Origin: Patescibacteria group bacterium
GTDB lineage: Bacteria > Patescibacteriota > Minisyncoccia > Phycocordibacterales > UBA2100
NCBI GenBank assembly: GCA_038064835.1
Contig: JBBTSD010000001.1
Coordinates: forward strand, 28,422-92,421
Reading direction: 5' to 3'
DNA length: 64,000 bases
The translations under genes were made by a program, and so were the position numbers. The notes under the pieces are model-generated. The model saw only the letters and a list, made by a program, of their open reading frames with translations, did no database searches and was not told where the DNA came from. Positions 12,001-24,000 of the stretch are shown piece by piece (within the stretch, counting starts at the first letter, position 1; the number at the start of each line of letters is the position of its first letter).

Positions 12001-15000
12001 GCGCCGGTTTCTGCACCGGTCTCTGGGCTGTTTGGTGATGAGGGACTTGAGTCGGTTTCTACGAGAGGCGTGCTGCTGGAATCTTTATCCGGTTCAGCGC
12101 AGATTGCCCGACAGGCTGCGACAACCCTCCGAGACACTGCCCGTGCATGGGTTGCGTTCCGTCGTCGTGGTGGCCAAGTGAATGATGTGACCAGACAACA
12201 GCTCGCAGGGTCATTCGAGACTATGCCCATTGGTGCTACTTCTGGCACAGCACCAGCGCTCCATGTTGTCCTGGTTTCAGGAGTCAAGTCAAGTCGGCAA
12301 AATTTGTTTGATGGTGCACAGATTATGTACGACACTTTGGCCCAATTGGACTCGAATGTTGCGGTCAGCGTGGCGTATGGTGATTACACGCATGTGGACA
12401 CTGCTCGACAGGCATTTGGTGTGGAGCATTTGATCGGCGAAGCGTCACGCATTCTTAGCAGTGATCCAAACGCAAAGCTTGTTTTCCTTGGGCACTCGTG
12501 GGGCGGTGACTTGTCGGCACTCGCAGTTGGTGTTTTGGAAAGAAACCCACAATTTGTCGGCAGGATTGGACTAGTGCAATACGCAAGTCCAGATCCACGC
12601 AACCTTCGGCCGTTTTTGCGAGCGATTGGTGTGGGCGGTGCGTTGAAACGGCTTGGTTATACGGGTGATGTGCGACTCGAAAGCCCTGTCTTTGTTCTGA
12701 ATGCCGGACGCGACCGTCTGATTCGCATTGATTCATCTGGTGTACAAGGACCAGAAGGAGTTGTTTCTCCACGGCTTGTGCCACAAGCTACTCACACACA
12801 GTGTTTCGGTCCCGAATGTGCGGGTATTGTGGCACAAGCAATTGCGGAAACAGCACGGGCTCTTGATAGGCCTCTGGCCGGCGAATCAGCGCTTGCGTCT
12901 TTGGGTAAACCGGTTACGGTGCATCTTTCGCCAAGCGGCAACAGGGCACGATTCCCCAGAGTTTCTCAGACTGCCCGCAGAGAAGTGTCTGTTCTCTTGC
13001 TCCGACTGGTTCTTGGTGGCGCCGATGTTCCAGGGGCAAACACTGCTTATAGTGGCGGACGACGCCCTCAGATTTCTCCGCGCCTTCGTGGCGAAACATT
13101 ACCACCCGTGACTACCGTTGTTGATGCAACACCAGCACCGACTGGCGTTGTCAGTGGTTTTGGTCCAAGCATGAATTTTCTATCAGGCCCACTTGGCCGA
13201 AATCGCGGCCCGGTGTTTGCACCACCTGACGCGCGAAGTGCAGCTGCAGATGGTATTCCTGTTGCCCAGCTTGAGGCTGAACAGGTCGCGCGTTTCGATG
13301 ATGAAATCGACCGTGCGCTCGATATTATTCGTGCCGACAGCACAGTTGGGTCCTCGGAGTGGGATCGCGTCGCGGCACTTTTGGCAAGTGATGATTTTGT
13401 TGGGAAAGTCCAGGCGGCCGTCGTGGAATCAGGCGACACGAATGGTATTCGACCGGCCATTGCGAAAGAGCTGTACGCATGGGGAGAAAAGTCAGGTTCT
13501 CGTGAGGCTACAAACCTGGTCAGACGAGTTGCGCTGCAGATTCAGTCCAGTTTTGATGCGTCAATCCTTGCAGCAGATCAGAAAGCAATAGACGCACGGC
13601 TTGCAAATTTTCAAACGCAATTGATAAAGGCTGCACGCGATGGCGCCACCGCACGAGTCCTCCGCACTATGACACTCAGATTCGTACAGCAATACAGTGG
13701 TGGATTAGAGTCGCCCGATGTACGGATGATACGGAATACTCTTGTAGAGGCCCTTGCTAGCACGCGCGTACGCTCAAGGAAGGTGACGGAAAGGTTGCTC
13801 GCTCCCATCAGCCCACTCCCACCAGCGACCACACCCCCTTCCAACAGGGAAAAACTCACAAAGATTCGTGTCGCGACAACTCCCTCGGGGCTTTTCCGGG
13901 CTGTGCGCTCGGCGCTCGAGTCAGAAGTTTTTACAAATAGTCGAGTTTTGGGGGTAGTCAAGAAGATTGATCTTGGTTCCATCGCAGAAGGGGGAGTGGC
14001 GGGCACAGCTGAGATTCTGGCGGAAGCATTGACGACAGCATTGGAACCACAGGGCAGGGCACCTGCGCGGGCAAGATACATACAACGCGTTACACCGATT
14101 ATCGCCGCGCTCCAAACTCATACGAAAACAGACATTACATCTGCATTTGTGCGCGCAGCCAATGCTCCGCGAGTTGCTGCAACCCCCCGCACCACCCGCC
14201 AACCGCTCACCCGCGCGGCACTACAAGCGGCTCGCGCTCGCGCAGGATCACTGCAGTCCGCAACCATGAATACGATGGCACAAGCGGCGCGGGCAGTGGG
14301 TGTGGCGTTGGTGCTTGCGGGCGCACCCCAATCTGCGGTGGCACAAGAAGCACCAAAAGCAGGGGTCTCTGTGCCATCGTTGGTACAAGCAGGGATAGAT
14401 GCACGGTTGTTCAGGGGAAACGATGCGCAGATGGTTGAACGCGCACGAAAGGCCATTGTGGGGAACGGGACAATAATTGGCGCGATTAATGTACGCCCGG
14501 GTGTGCCACTGGTATATCTCATCGGAGAGATTCATGACTCGCTGATTTCTAAAAAAGCTGAGGAAATCGTGGACCAAATCCTTCCGTTTGCTCGGAACAT
14601 CGGTCATGAGGGGATTTCTTCTGAAGAAATTCCAGCAGCCGTCGGAGGACTTCACTTTGGTGTCGAAGATCTATCGCTCTACAGACAAGGCTCGTTTCTT
14701 AGCCAAATGTGGTTTTTTCTTAACGCACGCATGGGGAGAGTTGTGAACGCAAGTTATCAAGATGCACAGACGGCCGAGGAGTTTGTCGACCGACTCACCA
14801 CAGATTTCTGGGAGAGTGAGTTTGGCTCTATTTACAAGAAAAAATATGAGGAAAATACAGTCGATGCCCGACTGGTTGAGACGCGCAGAGACGCGCGGGA
14901 CCTTTTGGTTAAAATAGTTCAGAGCTTATGGAATACACATGGTCCAACCAATGTTGATTTAAGGGACGAACTGGATGCAGTAAATGGGCAGATACGACTT

Positions 15001-18000
15001 TCCGTGATTAATCAGCGCTGGGCTGAGAACATAGAAAAGGCCCTTGCTATCCTGCCGGGGGGTAGTGCGGTGATTGCAGTGGGTGCAAGGCACCTGATCG
15101 ATATCCCCATGACACCATCACGACTTCCCGAGTATCGCGCCTTAATCGGGCAGTCGATTCAAGGGGCCTTGGCCGCGCGTGGTATAGGAGTCGTAATCAT
15201 ACTGCCGAATAATTATACCAATGTCAGTGGTATTTCTCGCATAAAGGCCGCGATTGCTTTCGTCGAGATGTCTGCGGTAATGCGCAGTACTGCTCCGATC
15301 TTAGCAGTGCCACCCACCCCCAAGTTAGTGCAACCCCCAACAGAAGCCGTGAGACCGTCTCGTACCAAGGTGTATGAGAGGCCTGGCAGGTTCTCCCCGG
15401 GCAATGGGTTGTTACCAAGGGATAAGGCGCCTACTCGACCAAATCGCCCCACCCGCCAGCCCCTCACCCGCGCGGCATTAAGGGCATCGCGAGAACGATT
15501 GGGTGGCGTCCCTGGCGTTACGACTCGTTTGTCGAATCGGTTTGCAAAAGTTGTAGCAATTGCGTGGAGGATTGGACACGGACATGCGCTCGAAAAGCAT
15601 GGGCCGACCATCGGAACTATTGATCCTGTAGTTCTTTCCCGCATTGTTGCCCGAACGATGCTTGCTGGCATCACAATTTCACGCTCGCCACGAGCAACTG
15701 TGTATGTGGATGCGGAATCACGCATTATCGTTATTCGCGACAGGAATTCTCGGAGCAGTGTGGGTGTGGCAGATGCAGGGACAGTGTATCGGCTTCCGAC
15801 AGGAAGCGGCGACCCCGTTGCATACGCAACAGAAAAGGCCGAAGAGATTTTCAAGAATGATGTTGCGCGAGCAATTGTCGCGGAACATGGTGCAGAGATG
15901 ATTGCTTCGGGGCAGTGGCCAGTAACCAATCCTTCAAGCTTGCGCAACTACATCACAGCGTCAATGACGCAGGGTGTTGAGCAGATGACCCCCTCAGGCG
16001 CTAGGGTATTCGTTGACTCAAAACGCAACACCATCGTACGCGTGAGCCCGGGCGCTTCCGTTGTTGCGACGGCACAAAAATTCGCAAATAGAGAGGCTCT
16101 ACAAGAAGGACTTGCACAAATTATGGGGGGCATGCAAGTGACGCCGAGCCCAACAGTTGCCATAGTTCGTTCACAACCACTGGCACCAGGTGTGGTAGAA
16201 GGCCCACGCTCTTCTGTGCGGCTTGAAAACGCGGCATTTGGTCGTCTTGCGCAAGGACTCTCCGTTACTGAGCGAACGAGTCTGAAACAGGTATTCGATA
16301 CACTGCTTGCGACGAATGACTCGTTCCGTGCACAAATACATGCTTTTGGGCAACCGGATGTCACCGCGGTACAACGGGACGCACTGCGCCCAGCATTGCT
16401 CGCGCAAATTTCTGCCGGAAATCAGGTGTCGGCTACTGCCGCTCAACGGCAAAGCAACCCTAGAGGCCTTGTTGCACGCATTGTAGACGCATTCCGCTAC
16501 GCGCTCAGCGGAATGCGGAGTGGGAATACGAGCACCACCAACATGTTCGGTGCGGCCCTCCTTGAAAAGTTCTTCACCAACTTCTCTGCGCGCATGGTGC
16601 AAACCCGCAATGTGGTGCAGTCTGAGCAGCAGACAACCTCACTTACTTTATCAGCGGTGCAACCGATTCCTGGAACGGGTGCTCTGCGGCGATTTGGTGC
16701 GGCAGGTGTCGAAGTGGCCAAGATCTTTTTCGGTATCACCCCGCGTCCGACAAGCGGCTCGGTTTTTGCCACAGATTCTTTCGGTGCAAATGTGCCGGAA
16801 GAAATCCCTAGCGAAGTGATTGATAATCTGCCTGAACTTAATCAGACCAGTCCAGCCATTGCTTCAAGAGTCATTTTGCCACCCGAGGTTTTGAACGATG
16901 GTGGGATTGATTCCTATCCCGTTAGCCGAGAAACGCTTGTCGATACTATTGGTGGTCGTTTTCATCCGCTTGATACAAAACCGACATCCCAAGCGGCACA
17001 GTTTGTCACCGCCGCACTCTTTAAAGGATTTTTGAATGTCTCTTCTGTTGTTAAAATCGGCGACCGATTCTATTCATACGAGGCCCCTGGAACAATGGCA
17101 CATCCCACTGCAGGTTACCCTGCTTTTGATGCAACAAAGAAAGCCTCTCTCGAGGCCGACCTCGAGATTCTGAGGCTGGTTATGCATGATCTTGATCATA
17201 AAGCACCCAATCTCCACAATGTTGCTTTGTTGGAAGACGGGAATTATATGATTTTTGATTTCGAATTCTCGCATGATGGGTTCTGGCGTGGTTGGAGACT
17301 TTCGATTGAAACCGACGACCGTATTGTACAAAGAATCATGCTGACGAAGCTTCAGCGACTTCAGAGTTTCTATCAATCCGATGAAGGAGTGGCTCTCATG
17401 AAATCTGTGTTTGCTCGCGCTGGTGTTCCTCTGGAGGAGATATTTGAAAACCCGGCTAGCCAAGGAGAAAAAGATGCAAGCACCGCGGCATTTCATGCAA
17501 GGTTTATGGAACGGATTGCTATCGGTATTTCAGACCTTAGAGAGAAACTTGGTCCGGCTGATTTGTCAGTAGCTAATCGTGCTCTTGACAACTTGGTAGC
17601 AACCGCACCTCGTCCCGCTTCCGTGGATGCACCTGCCCCAGCCCAAGAGAACGACCTTCTCGATCGAATTGATACTACAGAGAATCTAATCAGTGCCCTT
17701 CAGGTGATAGTTCGGCAAGGACAATTAAATACTGCTGATGTTGGAAGAATCGCTGAGGTGTCGGTCGCGCTCGACAATGCCGCTACTGCGATGAGGAACG
17801 GAAATATGGCAGTGGCTGGAACTGAAGTGTCTGTAGCGGAAGCACTCATAAACGACCTGGCTGTCAGCAAACCAGCTCTCGTCGCGCAGGCTCGCGCAGC
17901 ACAACCAGGGCGCCCACTGCCGGCAGGTGCGGGTGTGCCGGAAGGAACCCCGCTCACTAAAGCTGAAATACTAGGCAACTTGTGGTACGAAGAAAATCAT

Positions 18001-21000
18001 TCAGTAAATAATCCAGACAGTCATAACTACAGAGCATCAGTCTTTTTGAACGGGAAACTTTATTCAGTGTTCTTTCTGTATAATATGAGTACAGATCTGG
18101 ATGGAGAGAGGGTTTTACATATCGAACTAATCAGGAGTAGCGGGCAACCAGGTGTCTTCCAATCACTGCTTGCATTTGTCGCTGATCGAATTATCGCCGA
18201 AGGAGCCACTAAAGTTGACTGGTTTACGACGGCGAGCGAGACCACCCCCAATACTCATTTTGATGTAACGCGATTGAACGCGCTTTATTCGCGCATAGCG
18301 CGTTTTCCTGGATCAACAAAAAAGCCAAGATCTCGGAATACTTACTCTGGCTTTGACTACAGCGTGCCAGCCCGTGCATTTATTGGATTCCTAAGGAATG
18401 TAGGAATTTCGCCTCGAGGTACAATAATCACTCCCGAAGAAGCTAAAAATATATTAATCGATTCAATGGGTCGAGGAAGTCCTACTTCAGTGGAAGTAAT
18501 TGTACCTGAACAAGTTCAAGCTACTCCTCAGCCCGCGATACCACCTGCACCCCAGGCTGATGCACCTGCCCCGGTCCAAGAGGACAGAGGTGCTCAGGGT
18601 GTCGCCTCTCGGTTCGTCGCTACTCCCAAACTAATCGATGAGCGCAATCGTCTTGCCGCCGCGTCCCGAGGGTTCGTTGGGCGCGTTTTGGAACGCGCTC
18701 GTGGAGAGTTGGTGCCGATTGAAGTGGGGCGAGTGAGCATTGGGGCCGCAGGAAATACGCGCATTTCCGGCATCACTGGCTATAGAGTAAACGACCGCGG
18801 TGAATCTTTCTTGCCAACTGCAGTAGGAGGAAGCTATATCCAAATACGCACGCCACGCGTGGGCCTGATGCGCGCACTCGCAGAGGAGCTTGGTGTTGCC
18901 GCTCCGGCGACGCCAAACCTGGCACCGATTGGTTTTGCAGGGCCAGTACCAGATGACCGCGCGCGCTCAGCGCCTGCGCAAGCTCAAGATGCGCCTGGTA
19001 GCCAAGCAGATACGATAGATGAGACACCTATTTCTGACGACAACAGTCTGCCACGCATATTTGAACGGGAAATCGCGGCAAGAGAGCAAGAGATTCGTGA
19101 ACGGGAATTGGCGATACCTGCAGAAGCTCCCACACCTTCATTGCCTGCGCCTCGTACCAGCGCCGAAATCCGTGCTGCCGCGCGTGTAGCATTACCCACA
19201 CCACCAGCTGCACCAGTACTTCCTGCGCCAGTTCGTCCTCTACCGGCTCCATTTCGCCCCGCTCTGCGCACCACAGCTTTGCCATCACCACTGCCAGCAG
19301 TACTTCCACCACCACTCCCGCCGGTGGCCACCCCACTCGCACCAGATCGCGCACTGCCTCCACCGCTGACGCCTGAGCAGATACAGGCAAGCTTTGCCGC
19401 ACCAAGTTCACCGCTCATTGAGCCAGCTGCGCTCGATGTGATTTCTGCGTGGGCCGCTGCTCGAGAGGATGCAGACACAGAGATTGCGAGGACACAAGAG
19501 GAACCAGTGGTGCTTCGACCAGGTGTTGAGATCCTGACAACTGACCCAACGCGGTCGTTGCAAGTGCGAATAGGAAGCGCAGAAGTTCCATTCAGATGGA
19601 ATGGATCACCAGAAATACGATTTGCCGGAGATGTGCGTCCACAAGCGGTACCGCTCGAAGGACGCGCATTCCCACTGCAGGACTATGTGCAAGCAATCGT
19701 TAACAACGAACCGGGTGTAAGTGGTGATGTGACAGCATATCCGATTTCCCGTCAAAATAATGTGAGTAGTGTAGGTACTCGAGGAATCGTGGTCGCTACG
19801 CCAAATCCAAAATTGGTGGGCAAGAGGTTGGTTATAACAGGTATCGGTGTTGTGCGATTGTTGCCACGCGCAGATGGAAGAGGAGCCGAGTTTGTTATTG
19901 AAGCACCAGATCCAACGCGAACATACGCAGGAGTGCATGGGTTCCCAAGTGGGGAATCTGTGGATGCTGCTGGAAATATTTCCTCGGTGTTTGATACATC
20001 GCCATTCGGCGCGTATACCCCATACGAATTGGACGCAAAAATTAGATTTACACAAGCTTTTTCTCCAAGGTACGGGATTGAAGTGGTGGCCGCTGGTATG
20101 TACGAAGGAACACAGATGGGGTGGTTTGCATACACGCTTCCCGACACAGTTCTTTCTCCGGAGGAGACCATGGTGGCCGATGTCGCGCTTCCTGGTCCCG
20201 CAGGGAGGATTTACGGTGCTGCTCTGGGATCACTATTTGCAGAAATTCGACGCTGGCATGATATGGGGATCGTCCATGGTTCGCTACACCCAGGAAATTG
20301 GTATGTCGACAGTCGGACGGGTAGGCCGACGGCTCTTCTCACTGATCTTGGAGCGGCATCATTGTTAAGCGATCCGCATGCCGAAGAACAAGTTGCGGGG
20401 CGGGTGCCGGCACCTGAAATAACAGCTCGCCTTGATTCCCTAGGAAAAATGACTCCTGCAGAAAAGAAAAAATTCCTTGATATTTCAACTGCCCTGTACC
20501 GCAATACCGCCTTTGTTTTTGGGCCCAGGACTCATGGTCTTCTTGCAGAGCAGACTGCACAGGGGTTGCAATTAGAGTCTTCCCTCCCTATCCCTATTCG
20601 TGGCCTTTCTGGTGCACAAGTGTTATACATGCTCGACTTGGCGGCGCGCGCCATGCACAGTTACCTAAAGGAACCAGCCACAGCACAATCTCTAGATGTC
20701 GTGCGAGGGTACTTAGTAAATAGGCACCAACAGCTTGCGGTCGCAGCTGCGAATCGCCTGGGTATTTACCAAGGATCAAATATTTCGGAACTTGTTCACT
20801 TGGTTGGACTCACGGGTGTTCCGTTTACCACAGCAACTTTCGAACTTGTCGAGGAGATTAGTCTTGATTTGGCCCGCGGGCAAGGCACCTATGTTTCCTT
20901 GGTCACACCGACGGTTGAATCGGTGACGCTGGAAGATGTTTCTGTTTGGGCATCAACACGAGAGTCTGCAGACGCAGAGCTTACGCGTGTACAGGATGAA

Positions 21001-24000
21001 GCTGTGGCGCTTTCAGGACTTGCACAGGCACTGCGACAAAATGTGGCGACTATGCGCGCGGCGGAAGCAGGAATGGATCCGGCTGGAATTCCTGCATGGC
21101 AAATAGCGCAACGACACTACGAGTCAGCTGCAGAAGTGCTTGATAATGCTGTGGCCATGGGTATGTCAGGTGGGTCTGCACTGAGCGAAGCGCAGGCGCT
21201 CATGACGCTTGCAGGCGATGCGGAAAAAACAGCAACAGTCGCAACTGCGCGCAGTGAGGCGAATGTTCGTGCTCGCGATATGCAAGGATTTGCACGACGC
21301 ACGCTCGCGCGTATGACTGGCACAGGAAATCTTGATGCTGCGATCAAGTTTGTAACTGCCCGACAACGAGCACTTGGGGCCGAGCAAGCATTTCTTGCGG
21401 GACGCACTGCGGATGGCAATCGGCTCGCAAACCAAGCTGAGGACTTGTGGGTAGACGCTTCGATAATCGACAAGATAGGGAATCTACAGAAGCTTATTGC
21501 AGAAGTGAATACGCTTGCGCGCGGAACGCCGGAGGCCGATGATATTGAAAACTTGCTTTTGGATATTGCTCGTGAAGGTGCGAACAGGGTCAATGTGTGG
21601 GTGGATGGAGCGACCAGTGTCTCGCCTGCAGAGTGGTTTGATAATGCGATTCGTACTGTTGAGCCGCTCCACACTCGGTTGTTGCGCGATCGCATGACTC
21701 AGTTCGAAGCGAATGTGAACACGGCGGTTACTGGCGAGATTCCAGGGCTTGTTGCCGCAAACGACAACCGACCTGAGATAGAATTGTTGCGTGAGCAAGC
21801 TGCGGGTCTTGCTGGATTAATGCGAGGTGAAGCAGACCGCATACAGCAAATGATCAACGAAGGCGGCGTGCATCCTGATGAATTCGCGCTGTGGGAAACT
21901 GCGCGCGTTACTTTTGGTCGCGCCGCTGACACTTTTGCGCAAGAAGTAGATGCCACCGATGTTGCTGCAATGTCTGCGATTGGCCGCGAAGCGCTTGAAT
22001 TGGCACAAACGGCGTCTGGATTTGAACAAACAGCCCGCGATGCAGAGCGGACTCGCACACAACCCGCGCCACAAAAAAGGCTTGCCGAGAGAATCCTTGA
22101 TGCAGTTGCGGCCGCCGGTGGCGTACCTGAATCTGTGGCAGATACTGCCGCACCAACAGAAGTGCGAGAACGGCTAATAGACAGGATTGCTCGTTCCCGA
22201 GCAGGAATTCAGGTACGCAATGTATACCGTGGCGCACAACAAGGTGTTGAAGAATCTGATCCGCAAACAATCGTGGAGGATGCTGCAGGCTCGGGCAATT
22301 CGTTGGGAACGTCACGACCAAATGCAGAGCCAAGTCTCGGAGAAATTATCGCAGCTATTAGCGCGGACGCATCTGGTGTTGGCAGAAGCACAACAGAAGG
22401 ACAAAATCCAACATCTTCGTTCACGGACACTCTGGACGCTGACGATGCGGTGGCCGCACGAGATGCGGTGGCCACCGCATTGAGAAATAGTAACAACTTG
22501 GATGCGGCCGACCGAACCCCTGATGTTGTCGAGCGGGAAGAGCTGAATGAAATAGCTTTTGACGCGTACACGAACGCGCGCGACTTGTACTCTCAAGCGC
22601 GCACAGCAACAGCTGAATCTGATGTGGCGCAATTGCGTGGTTTTGCACAAGATGCCATGAATCGTGGCGATCTTGCGGCACAAGGTGCGAATAGCAACAG
22701 TCCAAATGAACGAGCGCGTATTCGCACAGTCCTCGATACACAAGTAGGTGGTGGTGCAGGTGGACCACCTCCCCCTCCAACGGGAGGTAATGGAGGAGGA
22801 GGAGGTAATGGCGGATCTTCTGGCGCGTCGAATGATGACCTTCCTACATTTATAACTAGAAAGAGTGGTAATGGAGGAAGTGCCTCAAATCCCATAAACG
22901 CAGGTGGCGGGTCTGGGGGCACTGATGACGGAAGAGTTAGAAGAATGACACAAATACTGCTCAATTTGTTGCGAGCGATTTTCAACTCGGAGGAGCAGGA
23001 ACAGCCAAAACCACTCCCACCTCTTCCACCCGCAGGGGATTCCGCAAGACGAGACCGTGTGGTGCCACCCGCTATACCCCCGAAGGGACCTTCTGATGCT
23101 GTACGGCGAGATTTTGAAGATTTGGCACGCAGATTCAGTCCGCCACCAGCGCCGCCTCCTATGCCACCTTCGCCTGACATACGCCCCGGCGACTTCTACC
23201 CAAGATACAACTTGGACGGCACAATCAAAGAAGTTGTTCCGCGAGATGGCAGTGCACCGCGTGGTCCGGATACTCCTGAATACGATGCGGTTATCGCAGA
23301 TATGAGGCGTCGCGGGGAAGATGCACGCGTTCCCGACGGGGCACCTCCCGCCATGCCACCGGCACCTCCCGCCCCAGTTATGCCGCCTCCAGTTGCGCGT
23401 CCCGCACCTGTCGCGCCACCCCCAGCCACGGCACGACCGGCGGCAGATCCAGCTGCACCACCGCCTGCTCGTCGCCGGACTACCGCAGATCCAACACCCG
23501 CAGCGCGCCCTGCTGGCGCAACAACCCCACGCGGAGGTGCCACTCCAGGCACTAGTCCGGCAGGCGGTCCCGGCTCTATTCTCCCTCAGATAAGTAGTCT
23601 CTTCGACCAACTTATGAAGCTCTTTGGAAAGACCCCTCCGGCAGGCGCAGGTGGACTAGGTGGCTCACCACTTAATGGGCTTGGCCAACCCGCGGTGCCA
23701 ACAAATCCTTGTGCGCGGTATCCAGGGACGACACTCGTAAACAACCGATGTACTTGTGCGACGGGGTATGGGTGGAACGGCACGCGGTGCGCCACAAAGA
23801 ATGGCACTCCGGCACCAACTCCGGGGAAACCTGGTCCACAGGCCGATCTCGGCTGTTCGCCTGAAGAAGCGCGGGAAGGCGAAGCAATTGTGTTTGCCTG
23901 GAGTTGTCAGAATTCTGATACTGTTTCCGCTGTTGGATTTAATCCTGAGGGATTCATGGTTGATTCCAAAGAAGGAAAGATGCCAAAGCCGCCAGAAGGA

